Position numbers and translations under genes: made by a program | Shown here: positions 47,891 through 57,283 of the stretch, in pieces | Position numbering within the stretch: position 1 is the first letter of the stretch | Layout of the letters: each line of letters starts with the position of its first letter | Notes under the pieces: model-generated | What the model was told of the DNA's origin: nothing | The model's input: the letters and a program-made list of their open reading frames with translations, nothing else | Databases searched by the model: none | Origin: an uncultured Aliarcobacter sp. | GTDB taxonomy: Bacteria; Campylobacterota; Campylobacteria; Campylobacterales; Arcobacteraceae | NCBI GenBank assembly: GCA_963677435.1 | Contig: OY781945.1 | Location: forward strand, 1,280,001 to 1,344,000 | Direction: 5' to 3' | DNA: 64,000 nucleotides

Positions 47891-47977
47891 TGGTGCGAAT
47901 GGTGAGAATCGAACTCACACTCCGAAACCGGAACGGGATTTTAAGTCCCGCGCGTCTACCTATTCCGCCACACTCGC
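47891..47977 (-). tRNA. tRNA-Leu(TAA), integration target
   Basis: GCGAGTGTGGCGGAATAGGTAGACGCGCGGGACTTAAAATCCCG...GTTCGATTCTCACCATTCGCACCA; long variable arm. Confidence 0.97.
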
Positions 47978-48006
47978 ACATGTGTATTTAAAGACTTCAA
48001 AAGAAA

Positions 48007-48082
48007 TGGTGGCTCGAGACAGAATCGAACTGTCGACACAAGGATTTTCAATCCTTTGCTCTACCGACTGAGCTATCGAGCC
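48007..48082 (-). tRNA. tRNA-Phe(GAA)
   Basis: GGCTCGATAGCTCAGTCGGTAGAGCAAAGGATTGAAAATCCTT...CCACCA, 76 nt. Confidence 0.97.
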
Positions 48083-48102
48083 AATATTACTTTTAAAAAA
48101 AG

Positions 48103-48187
48103 TGGTGGTGAGAGAAGGATTCGAACCTTCGAAGCCGTAGGCGGCGGATTTACAGTCCGCAGGATTTGACCACTCTCCAACCTCACC
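48103..48187 (-). tRNA. tRNA-Tyr(GTA)
   Basis: GGTGAGG...GCGGACTGTAAATCCGC...GTTCGAATCC...CACCA. Confidence 0.97.
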
Positions 48188-48210
48188 GTTGAAAATTTTA
48201 CTTAAACTAA

Positions 48211-48285
48211 TGGATGGGGTAGAAGGATTCGAACCTTCGAGTGACGGTACCAAAAACCGTTGCCTTACCGCTTGGCGATACCCCA
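48211..48285 (-). tRNA. tRNA-Gln(TTG)
   Basis: TGGGGTATCGCCAAGCGGTAAGGCAACGGTTTTTGGTACCGT...CCCCATCCA, 75 nt. Confidence 0.96.
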
Positions 48286-48439
48286 TTAATTTAAGTGGAC
48301 GGAATTATATACTTTTAATAATTAAAGTTAGCTAAAAGTAAAATAAAATTTAAAATATATATTTTCTTTACTACGAATCTAATTTATGCTATTATTTTTA
48401 AGATTAGAAAATTATTTTAATCTCATAAAGGCGAAGAAT

Positions 48440-50059
48440 ATGTTTATGGAACATTTAGCTTTGACATATAAGTGTCATAGCTCTATTGGTAATAGTTTAG
48501 ATTTACATAGCATGATAAAAGAAGTGCTTACAACATTTGTTGAAGAGAACAATGCTGTAAATGGTTTTTTTTATTTGATAGATGAAAATGATAAATTATA
48601 TAAATACTTAGCATATGATAATAGTTTTGATTTAGATGAAATACAATTAGAAGAAGAAAAGAAAGATTTATCAAAGGTAAGAATTTTTGATTTAGATAAA
48701 GAAAATATTGTTTTATTTTTACCTTTGCAAAAAGGTATATTTATTATCATATTTCAAGATAGAAGTGTTAATTTTGAATATATTATTTCAATGTTTCAAG
48801 ATTTGATTGTAAAACTAAATATAAGTATAGATGCTTGTTTAAATGTACAAAAAATGAAAGCTAAAAATAAAATGTTAAATCATTTAGCAAATGAGTTAAA
48901 AGAACGACAAAAACAACTACTTGATTCTGATAAATATAAAAGTAATTTTTTAGCAAATATGTCCCATGAATTAAAAACTCCACTAAATTCAATTTTAGTT
49001 ATATCTTCAATTATGGCAAAAAATAAAAATAAAAAACTTGATGATGAACAAATAAAAAATATGAAAATAATTAATAGTTGTGGCAATGACTTATTAATTC
49101 TTATAAATGATGTTTTAGATATATCAAAAATTGAAGCAGGGGAGTTATCAATAACTTTATCAAAAATAAATCTTTTTCAATTAGTAGAAGATTTGATTTT
49201 TGAGATGCAACCTTTGGCAAATGAGAAGGGTTTAACTTTAAATTATAAATCTTCATTAAAAGAAGTATTTTTATTATCTGACTCTCATAGGATTAAGCAG
49301 ATTATTAAAAACTTAATGAGTAATGCAATAAAATTTACAGAAAAAGGAATAATAGAAATTCTTTTAGAAGAGAATGCTAATGATATTACAATAAAAGTAA
49401 TTGATGAAGGTATTGGAATTGCAGCGGAAAAATTGAGTTATGTTTTTGAAAGATTTAAACAAGCAGATGGAAGTACAACTAGAAAATATGGTGGAACTGG
49501 ACTTGGTTTAGCAATTTCTAAAGAACTATCTACTTTATTGGGTGGAGATATTAAAGCTTTTAGCACTTTAGGAAAAGGAAGTACATTTGAATTGATTTTA
49601 CCTACAAAAACAAATATCAAAAATATTTCAGATGATAAAGTTTCTATCTCTTCTCGGGATGAAGATATTGTCATTGAAGATATTGTTTTATTTGATATGG
49701 AAGATGTTAATATAAAAGAAGAAAAAATTATAATAAAAGAAGGAAAAATATTAGTTATTAATACAGATTATAGTTCTTTTTTCCCTTTTGCTGTATCTTT
49801 ACGAAAAGAGAATATAGTTTTAAATTATTCTAAATCCATAAATGAAGCTTATGATATATTAAAAGATAACTATGATTTAGTAATAATTGATGAAGATAAT
49901 TGTGATATAGATATATTTCAATTTCTTGATTTTTGCAATGAAAAAAAATTAAATAAAATTGTACTTAGTTCTAAGAAGGTTGATGAGGAAGATTATTTAG
50001 AAAAACAATTTTTGAAAGATGAATTGTTGAATAAAATTACAAAATATTTAGGAAGATAA
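48440..50059 (+). CDS. Cytoplasmic hybrid histidine kinase with degenerate C-terminal receiver
   Basis: FLANMSHELKTPLN, NAIKFT, F.QAD..TTRKYGGTGLGL; start 48440 (after AAGG) or 48386. Confidence 0.92.
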   Translation: MFMEHLALTYKCHSSIGNSLDLHSMIKEVLTTFVEENNAVNGFFYLIDENDKLYKYLAYDNSFDLDEIQLEEEKKDLSKVRIFDLDKENIVLFLPLQKGIFIIIFQDRSVNFEYIISMFQDLIVKLNISIDACLNVQKMKAKNKMLNHLANELKERQKQLLDSDKYKSNFLANMSHELKTPLNSILVISSIMAKNKNKKLDDEQIKNMKIINSCGNDLLILINDVLDISKIEAGELSITLSKINLFQLVEDLIFEMQPLANEKGLTLNYKSSLKEVFLLSDSHRIKQIIKNLMSNAIKFTEKGIIEILLEENANDITIKVIDEGIGIAAEKLSYVFERFKQADGSTTRKYGGTGLGLAISKELSTLLGGDIKAFSTLGKGSTFELILPTKTNIKNISDDKVSISSRDEDIVIEDIVLFDMEDVNIKEEKIIIKEGKILVINTDYSSFFPFAVSLRKENIVLNYSKSINEAYDILKDNYDLVIIDEDNCDIDIFQFLDFCNEKKLNKIVLSSKKVDEEDYLEKQFLKDELLNKITKYLGR

Positions 50060-50060
50060 A

Positions 50061-51179
50061 GTGGATAAATTTAATATTTTATTAGTTGATGATGTATCTG
50101 AGAATATATACTCTTTAAAAATGATGATTGAAGATAGTTTTGATGTAAATATTTTTTCTGCATTAAGTGCCCAAGAAGGTATGGAAATATTAATGAAAGA
50201 AAATATAGATTTAATTTTAACTGATGTTCAAATGCCTGAAATTGATGGTTTTGAATTTGTCGAATATTTAAAAAATATTGAAAAAACAAAAGATATCCCT
50301 GTTATTTTTATAACAGGGATTTATGATAAAGATGAATATAAAACAAAAGGTTATAATTTAGGTGCAATTGAATATATTACAAAACCTATTCACGATATTT
50401 TATTAAACTCAAAATTAAAAGTTTATATTGATATTTTTGAAAAAAGAAAACAAAATGAAGAGCAAATTGCTACAAAAGATAGAGTTTTAATTCATCAATC
50501 AAAAATGGCAACTATGGGTGAAATGATAGGTGTTATTGCACATCAATTAAAACAACCATTAAATATTTTATCTTTATATTGTAATGATGTAAAAGACTCT
50601 TATATGATAGAAGAAATTGATGATAAATTTATTGATGATTTTTCAAAAAATACAAAAGAGCAAATCAAATTCTTAAGTGAGACAATAGATGGATTTAGAG
50701 ATTTTTTTAATCCTAATAAACAAAAAAGAGTTTTTGAAATAAAACAGGCTATAGAAAAATCTTTAAAACTTATGGGAAATCAAATTGAAGTTAATCATGT
50801 AAAATTAAATTTAGAAGTTGATGATGAAAAAGTTTATGGTATTGAAACAGAATTAGAACAAATTTTTCTAAATATACTTAATAATTCTTTAGATGCTTTT
50901 AAAGAAAGAGATACTCAAAATAGAGAAATTAATATTAAGATTTTTTCGAAACAATCTTATACAATAGTAATTATGGAAGATAATGCTGGTGGAGTTAAAG
51001 AACAAAGTTTAGAAAAGATTTTTGATCCATATTACACAACAAAATCAAATGGAACAGGAACTGGTCTTTATATGGTAAAACTTGTAATAAAAAATAGTTT
51101 TCAAGGGGATTTAAAGATTAATAATAGTGAGAAAGGGTTAAGATATATTATAGCTTTACCCCAAAAAGAAGAGATTTAA
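50061..51179 (+). CDS. Receiver-histidine kinase hybrid
   Basis: ILLVDD, DLILTDVQMP, IAHQLKQPL, DNAGG and GTGTGLY. Confidence 0.93.
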   Translation: MDKFNILLVDDVSENIYSLKMMIEDSFDVNIFSALSAQEGMEILMKENIDLILTDVQMPEIDGFEFVEYLKNIEKTKDIPVIFITGIYDKDEYKTKGYNLGAIEYITKPIHDILLNSKLKVYIDIFEKRKQNEEQIATKDRVLIHQSKMATMGEMIGVIAHQLKQPLNILSLYCNDVKDSYMIEEIDDKFIDDFSKNTKEQIKFLSETIDGFRDFFNPNKQKRVFEIKQAIEKSLKLMGNQIEVNHVKLNLEVDDEKVYGIETELEQIFLNILNNSLDAFKERDTQNREINIKIFSKQSYTIVIMEDNAGGVKEQSLEKIFDPYYTTKSNGTGTGLYMVKLVIKNSFQGDLKINNSEKGLRYIIALPQKEEI

Positions 51180-54100
51180 ATCTCTTCTTTTATTTCTTCT
51201 TCTTTTTTCTCACGACTTAGTTTTGAAATTAAAATATAAAACATTGGAATAAATATAATTGCAATAAATGTTGCAGCTAACATTCCTCCAATAACTCCTG
51301 TTCCAATAGCATGTCTACTTGCAGCACCTGCTCCATTACTAATAGCTAATGGAACTGTTCCAAGTGTAAATGCCAATGAAGTCATAATAATTGGTCTAAG
51401 TCTTATCTTAGCAGCTTCTAGTGCTGCATCCATTACACTAAATCCTTCTTTTTGTTTTTGTAGGGCAAACTCTACAATTAAGATGGCATTTTTAGCTGCA
51501 AGTCCTGCAAGAACTAAAAGTCCAATTTGGAAATAAATATCATTTTCTAAACCTCTTAACAGCGTTGCTAGAATTGCTCCAAACATTGCAAATGGAACAG
51601 CTAAAACAACTGAAATTGGTAATAACCATTTCCCATATAAAGCAGCCAAAATTAAGAATAATAAAACAATACCAAAAATAAAGGCTACTGCTGAACTACT
51701 AGAAATTTGTTTTTCTTGATAAGCAGTTCCAATCCAACTGATTGTATAACCAGAAGGTAAAATTTCATTTGAAACTTCTTCAATAGCTTTTAATGCATCT
51801 CCTGAACTATATCCAGCAGCTGGTTGTCCTGATACTTTTGCAGCTTGGAAAAGATTAAATCTTTCTATTAAGTCAGCACCCACAGTTTTTTTAATATTTA
51901 CAAAAGAACTTATAGGTAAAAGTTCACCATTATTTCCCTTAACAAAAATATATTTTAAGTCTTCTGCACTTTTTCTATATTCACCATCAGCTTGTAAATT
52001 TACTTTATAAGTTCTTCCATATAAAGAGAAATCATTTACATAATAACTTCCAAAAGTAGCATTAATAGTATTATAAATATCTTCAATACTTACCCCTTTT
52101 GCTTTTGCTTTTGGGATATTAACATCAATTTTATATTGTGGAATATTTGCAGAAAGAGAACTTCTTACACCCATTAGTTCAGGTCTTTCTTTTGATTTTG
52201 CAATAATTTGATTAACTATTTTTTCTAAATCTTGGATATTCCCACCTGTTCTATCTTGAACATACATCTCAAATCCACCTGCAATACTCATTCCCATAAT
52301 AGGTGGTGGTAAAACACCAAATGAGAATCCATCAGATGTAGCTAAAACTTGTCCACTTAATCTTTTTAATACTGCATCAGCTTGTTGATCAGGATTTGGT
52401 CTTTCATCCCAAGGATTAAGTTTAATAATAGTTGCAGCTGCGTGTGTTCTTTGTGAAGATGATGTTAAGTCATACCCACCAATTGTGATAATATCTTTTA
52501 CATTAGGATCTTTTTCTATAATAGTATTTAATTCATTTGTAAATTCATCTGTTCTAGAAATAGAAGCACCAGCTGGATTAAAACTAAATACAAAAATTGT
52601 TCCTTGATCTTCATTTGGAACAAGTCCTGTTTTCATAGATTTAAACATATCATATGAAACAAAAATTAATCCACCAAAAAGTAAGATTGAAATAAGAGAA
52701 AATTTGATAGTTTTTTTAACTAAATAAGAATAACTATCTGTCGCTTTATCAAAAAAGTTATTAAACCATACAAACAAGAAAAATGTAGGTTTTTTGTGGT
52801 CATCTTTTAATAGAGATGCACAAAGTGAGGGTGTTAAAGTTAATGCAACAAAACCTGAAATAACAATTGAAATAACAATTGTAATAGCAAATTGTCTATA
52901 CATTTCCCCTGATAACCCACCCATAAAAGCTACAGGAATAAATACTGCTGAAAGAACTAGAACAATTGCAACAATTGCACCTGAAACCTCTTTCATAGCT
53001 TTAAAGGCAGCTTCTCTTGGAGCCATTCCCTCACTCATGTGTCTTTCAACATTTTCAATAACAATAATAGCATCATCAACAACGATACCAATAGCTAAAA
53101 CTAAACCAAATAGTGTTAGCAAGTTAATACTGAATCCTAAAGCATATATTCCAGCAAATGCTCCAACGATTGATACTGGAACTGCTAAAATAGGAATTAG
53201 AGTTGCTCTCCAATTTTGTAAGAATAAGAAAATAATTAAAATAACTAATACAATAGCTTCTGCAAAAGTTTTTGCAACTTCTTTAATAGAAATCTCAACA
53301 AATTGAGTACTGTCATAAGGAACACTATATTCTATACCTTCAGGGAAATTCTTTTTAGCTTCATCTAAAGATTTTTTTACTGCTTTTGCAGTTTCTAGTG
53401 CATTTGAACCACTTTGTAAAAAAATTCCGATAGGAATTGCTGGTGCATTATTTAATTTTGTAATCATGTCATAACTTGAACTTCCTAGTTCTATATTTGC
53501 AATATCTTTTAAAAGAAGTGAACTTCCATCTTCATTTGCTCTAATTACAATATTTCCAAACTGCTCTGGACTACTCAATCTTTCAGGAGTTTGAATAGTA
53601 TAAGTAAACATTTGTTTATCTTTTATTGGTTCAGCACCAATTTTACCCGCTGAGTATTGATTATTTTGCTCTTTAATAACATTTATTATATCAGTTGTAC
53701 TAAGTGAATATTTAGAGAGTTTTGTAGGGTCAATCCAAACTTTTATGGCATAATCTTTTGCACCATAAATCATTGCATCACCAACACCTCTTATTCTTTT
53801 TAAATCATCAACTATATTCATTAATGCATAGTTAGATAAATAAGTTGTATCATATGTATTCGATGGAGAATTAAGCATAATAAATTGTAAAATACTTGGA
53901 CTTCTCTCTCTTACATTTACACCTTGTCTTTGTACTTGTTCTGGAAGTTTTGATAGGGCTGCTTGAACTCTATTATTTACATCTATTTTTGCAGAATCTG
54001 CATCAGTTCCAACTTCAAAAAATACATTAATACTAACTCGTCCACTATCTTCAGAAACAGAGTTCATATAAAGCATATCTTTTGCACCATTTATTTGCTC

Positions 54101-54301
54101 TTCAATAGGAGCAGCAACCGTTTTTGCTAAAGTATCAGCACTAGCACCTGGATAGTTAGTACTTACAATAATTTGAGGAGGAATAACTCTTGGGTATTGC
54201 TCAATTGGTAAATTTATCATAGCAGCAAGACCAGCTAAAACTATGACAATAGATACAACTGCTGCAAATACAGGGTTTTTAATAAAAAATGAAGAAAACA
54301 T
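51176..54301 (-). CDS. RND efflux permease (HAE1, AcrB/CmeB-like)
   Basis: LPIEQYP, GIVVDDAI...ENVER, KNAILIVEFA and RLRPIIMTS. Confidence 0.97.
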   Translation of the reverse strand: MFSSFFIKNPVFAAVVSIVIVLAGLAAMINLPIEQYPRVIPPQIIVSTNYPGASADTLAKTVAAPIEEQINGAKDMLYMNSVSEDSGRVSINVFFEVGTDADSAKIDVNNRVQAALSKLPEQVQRQGVNVRERSPSILQFIMLNSPSNTYDTTYLSNYALMNIVDDLKRIRGVGDAMIYGAKDYAIKVWIDPTKLSKYSLSTTDIINVIKEQNNQYSAGKIGAEPIKDKQMFTYTIQTPERLSSPEQFGNIVIRANEDGSSLLLKDIANIELGSSSYDMITKLNNAPAIPIGIFLQSGSNALETAKAVKKSLDEAKKNFPEGIEYSVPYDSTQFVEISIKEVAKTFAEAIVLVILIIFLFLQNWRATLIPILAVPVSIVGAFAGIYALGFSINLLTLFGLVLAIGIVVDDAIIVIENVERHMSEGMAPREAAFKAMKEVSGAIVAIVLVLSAVFIPVAFMGGLSGEMYRQFAITIVISIVISGFVALTLTPSLCASLLKDDHKKPTFFLFVWFNNFFDKATDSYSYLVKKTIKFSLISILLFGGLIFVSYDMFKSMKTGLVPNEDQGTIFVFSFNPAGASISRTDEFTNELNTIIEKDPNVKDIITIGGYDLTSSSQRTHAAATIIKLNPWDERPNPDQQADAVLKRLSGQVLATSDGFSFGVLPPPIMGMSIAGGFEMYVQDRTGGNIQDLEKIVNQIIAKSKERPELMGVRSSLSANIPQYKIDVNIPKAKAKGVSIEDIYNTINATFGSYYVNDFSLYGRTYKVNLQADGEYRKSAEDLKYIFVKGNNGELLPISSFVNIKKTVGADLIERFNLFQAAKVSGQPAAGYSSGDALKAIEEVSNEILPSGYTISWIGTAYQEKQISSSSAVAFIFGIVLLFLILAALYGKWLLPISVVLAVPFAMFGAILATLLRGLENDIYFQIGLLVLAGLAAKNAILIVEFALQKQKEGFSVMDAALEAAKIRLRPIIMTSLAFTLGTVPLAISNGAGAASRHAIGTGVIGGMLAATFIAIIFIPMFYILISKLSREKKEEEIKEEI

Positions 54302-54302
54302 A

Positions 54303-55415
54303 TTATTTCTCTTTATTTAAAATTTGAATTTTTGTATCAGGTCTTAGTTTTGCCATATTACTGATAACAATTTGGTCATTTTCATTTAATCCACTCTCGA
54401 TTACAATTCCTTCTTTTACTAAAATTCCAGTTGTTACAGGTCTTAATTTTGCAATTGAATTTTCAATTACATAAACAAAACTACCTTGAGAAGTTTTTAA
54501 AATTGCATTTTCAGGAATAACATAAACTTTTCCTAAATCAAGATTTTGGATTTCTACTTTTCCAAATTCTCCAATTAAAATATTATTATTTTCATTTTTG
54601 AATTCTGCTCTTAAAAAAAGTGTATCTGTATTAGAATCTATTTTAGGAGATATATAATCAATTACTCCATTTTCATAAGTTTTATTGCTAGTAAGAAGAT
54701 TTATTTTTACAGATTTATTTTTAATTTGATCAAGATATCTTATAACATCATCTTTTGCAAGTGAAAACTCAGCATAAACAGGATTTGTATTTGTAATAGT
54801 TACTAATAAAGAATCTGAATCATTTGACCCAACTAAATTTCCAACATCTGTTTTTCTAATTCCGACAATTCCATCAATTGGCGCATAAATTTTTGTATAA
54901 TCAAATTGAATTTGGCTATTTTGTAAAGATGCTTTTGCACTTTCAACTTGTGCCAATGCATTTTCATATGAATAAGTATATTCATCAGCTTGTTGAACAC
55001 TGATTGATTTTGTTTTTATTAAAGAATTAGATCTTTCATAGTCTTTTTTTGCTTTTTTAAAATTTGCTTCAGCTGTTTTTAGATTTGCTTTCGCAACATT
55101 TAAATTAGCTAAATATGTATTTTGTTCAATTTTGTATAATAAAGTTCCTTTTTTTACAAAATCACCCTCATTAAAATATTTCTCAACTAAGATACCTTTT
55201 ACCCTAGCAATTACATCTACTTCTTCAGAACTTTTAATTAAAGAAGGGTAAGTTTTTGTTGTAGTTGATACTTTATTTTCTATTTTAAATGCTTGTACAG
55301 GAAGAGCAGGCATTGGAGCTTTTTCTTCTGCATATAATGTATTTAATCCAAATATAATAAATGCAGTTGCAATTATTCTTTTTCCTGAAAACAGGATTTC
55401 ATTTTGTTTTATCAT
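54303..55415 (-). CDS. RND periplasmic adaptor (membrane fusion protein)
   Basis: ARVKG.L....F.EGD.VKKG..LY.I and YTKIYAPIDG. Confidence 0.95.
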   Translation of the reverse strand: MIKQNEILFSGKRIIATAFIIFGLNTLYAEEKAPMPALPVQAFKIENKVSTTTKTYPSLIKSSEEVDVIARVKGILVEKYFNEGDFVKKGTLLYKIEQNTYLANLNVAKANLKTAEANFKKAKKDYERSNSLIKTKSISVQQADEYTYSYENALAQVESAKASLQNSQIQFDYTKIYAPIDGIVGIRKTDVGNLVGSNDSDSLLVTITNTNPVYAEFSLAKDDVIRYLDQIKNKSVKINLLTSNKTYENGVIDYISPKIDSNTDTLFLRAEFKNENNNILIGEFGKVEIQNLDLGKVYVIPENAILKTSQGSFVYVIENSIAKLRPVTTGILVKEGIVIESGLNENDQIVISNMAKLRPDTKIQILNKEK

Positions 55416-56641
55416 TTTATGTTTTCCTCTAATTTTTTACCACTATAGTAAAGTATATTTGCTTTTTTAATTTCTAAATCATTTTGTGCAGTTCTTAATT
55501 GACTAAGAGCTGTAAATTTTTCACTTAAACTTTCTAAAAATGACACATTATCAATTAATCCATTTTGATATTTTGACTTAATAACATCATATGCAGTTGT
55601 TGCAGCTTTTAGATTTGCTTCAGAAGATCTGATTTTTAATTTTGAAATTTCATAAGCTTTTATTGCTAATTGTAAATCAACATTTGCTTTATTTTTTTCA
55701 TATTCATAATTCAATTTTGATGATAGATAATCTTTATATTTTGATTCATATTTATATTTTGTTTCACCAAAAGAGAAAATATTCCATTTTAAACTTGCTG
55801 TTGCAATATTTTGATGATCTAAAGAGTTGCTAAATGCATCATTATTATAATCTGAATCATAATATGTAAAAGTATTATCAAGTGTAATTGTTGGTAAATA
55901 ACCACTTTTTTCACTTCTTGAATTTGCAAGTTTTGTATCTAAATCATATTCTAATGATTTTAAATCAAATCTTGAATCAATTTGTGCATCATTTTCTAAT
56001 TCATTAATATGAGAACCAGCATCAATAGAAACTTTTTGACCTGTAATATATTCTAGGTTATGAAGTACAGTTATTATTTCAAGTTCTATTTCTTGTAATG
56101 AAACTTTTGAACTTTCTAATCTAGAAATAATTTTTTGAACTTCATCTTCTGTTGTTGTTCCAGCATCTAAAAATCTAGATAATCTTGACATTTCAGAATC
56201 TAATTGTTCAATCTCTTTTATCTTTGCATCTTTTTGTGAGATGAATGATAGATAATTATAATAGTAAGTTATTACTTTTAATGCAATATCATTTTTTAAA
56301 GCTAATATTGATTCTTCGTTACTTTTTATTGTAGATTCGTAACTATCATAAATGTCCGATTTTTTCCCACCATCATAAAGTTCGTAACTAAGGCTTGCAT
56401 AAGTTTTTGATGAATTTTTGGGAACGCTACTTGTTTCCTTATCTGTTATTGAGTGACTAGCACCAACATCTAAACTCGGCATATAACCACTTTTAATACT
56501 TTCGTATTCATCTTTTATAGAGTCTAAACTCTTTTGTGAAGAGTCAACCTGCTTATTTTGTATAGACAAATTAACTAACTCTTCTAAATTTTGAGCTGAC
56601 AAAAAAAGAGGAACTAAAAAAATAAAATATAATTTTTTCAA
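55412..56641 (-). CDS. TolC family outer membrane protein
   Basis: Signal peptide; two repeats (SGYMPSL / SGYLPTI); first gene of the RND operon. Confidence 0.92.
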   Translation of the reverse strand: MKKLYFIFLVPLFLSAQNLEELVNLSIQNKQVDSSQKSLDSIKDEYESIKSGYMPSLDVGASHSITDKETSSVPKNSSKTYASLSYELYDGGKKSDIYDSYESTIKSNEESILALKNDIALKVITYYYNYLSFISQKDAKIKEIEQLDSEMSRLSRFLDAGTTTEDEVQKIISRLESSKVSLQEIELEIITVLHNLEYITGQKVSIDAGSHINELENDAQIDSRFDLKSLEYDLDTKLANSRSEKSGYLPTITLDNTFTYYDSDYNNDAFSNSLDHQNIATASLKWNIFSFGETKYKYESKYKDYLSSKLNYEYEKNKANVDLQLAIKAYEISKLKIRSSEANLKAATTAYDVIKSKYQNGLIDNVSFLESLSEKFTALSQLRTAQNDLEIKKANILYYSGKKLEENIK

Positions 56642-56690
56642 AATAACTCCTTGTAATTTTTCTGATTGTTGATTTTAGAATAAAAAAACT

Positions 56691-56720
56691 TAAATATATC
56701 TTTCCAGAAAGATATATTTA
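56691..56720. promoter_or_regulatory. Putative MarR operator
   Basis: Perfect 14-2-14 palindrome TAAATATATCTTTC-CA-GAAAGATATATTTA between divergent marR and tolC. Confidence 0.75.
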
Positions 56721-56745
56721 ATATTTATTTGGTTAAAATTTCACC

Positions 56746-57222
56746 ATGGATAAAAAATATATAGATAATTTTTACAATACAACAGTAAAATTAAAAGAAT
56801 ACGAAGTTTTTGCATTAACATTGCCAATAACATTATTACATAAAGATATGTTTAATAAAAATGAACATTTTTTTAAAACAAAATATGATTTATTACATTC
56901 TCATATATCAGTTTTAGCTTCTCTTTATTTTAATAAAAATGCTCTTTCTCCCACAGAATTATATGATGCAACTCTGTTTTCCTCTGGTGGAATGACAAAA
57001 GTTTTAAAAAAACTTGAAGATAGAAATCTAATAGAACGAATACCCTCACCAAATGATAAAAGAAGTATGCTTATTAATTTGACAAAAGAAGGTGAAGTCT
57101 TAATAATAGAGTGTATGGAAGGTCTTGTTGAATCAAAAGAAAAATTGTTTAGTGTATTAACTCAAAAAGAGAAAAAAGATTTACAAAATATCTTAGCAAA
57201 AGTAATATATTCTATGATTTAA
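56746..57222 (+). CDS. MarR family regulator
   Basis: SPTEL.....SSGGMT..LKKLE...LIER.....DKRS...LT.EG. Confidence 0.95.
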   Translation: MDKKYIDNFYNTTVKLKEYEVFALTLPITLLHKDMFNKNEHFFKTKYDLLHSHISVLASLYFNKNALSPTELYDATLFSSGGMTKVLKKLEDRNLIERIPSPNDKRSMLINLTKEGEVLIIECMEGLVESKEKLFSVLTQKEKKDLQNILAKVIYSMI

Positions 57223-57283
57223 ATTAATTTTATTTGATATAATAGATATTGATAATTCAAATTAATTTCTATAAAGTATTTTT

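Larger units (their letters stand above)
41774..47907. mobile_element. About 6.1 kb tRNA-Leu-integrated element with a rolling-circle replication module
   Basis: Flanking direct repeats 6116 bp apart; tyrosine integrase, xis, Rep and SSB-like gene; AT-rich cargo. Confidence 0.9.

Noticed and set aside
41774..47907. Complete prophage or ICE
   Set aside because: No capsid, terminase, Zot/pI, coat or T4SS genes between the att sites
47960..48286. 108-aa minus-strand ORF
   Set aside because: It overlaps four well-formed tRNA genes; spurious
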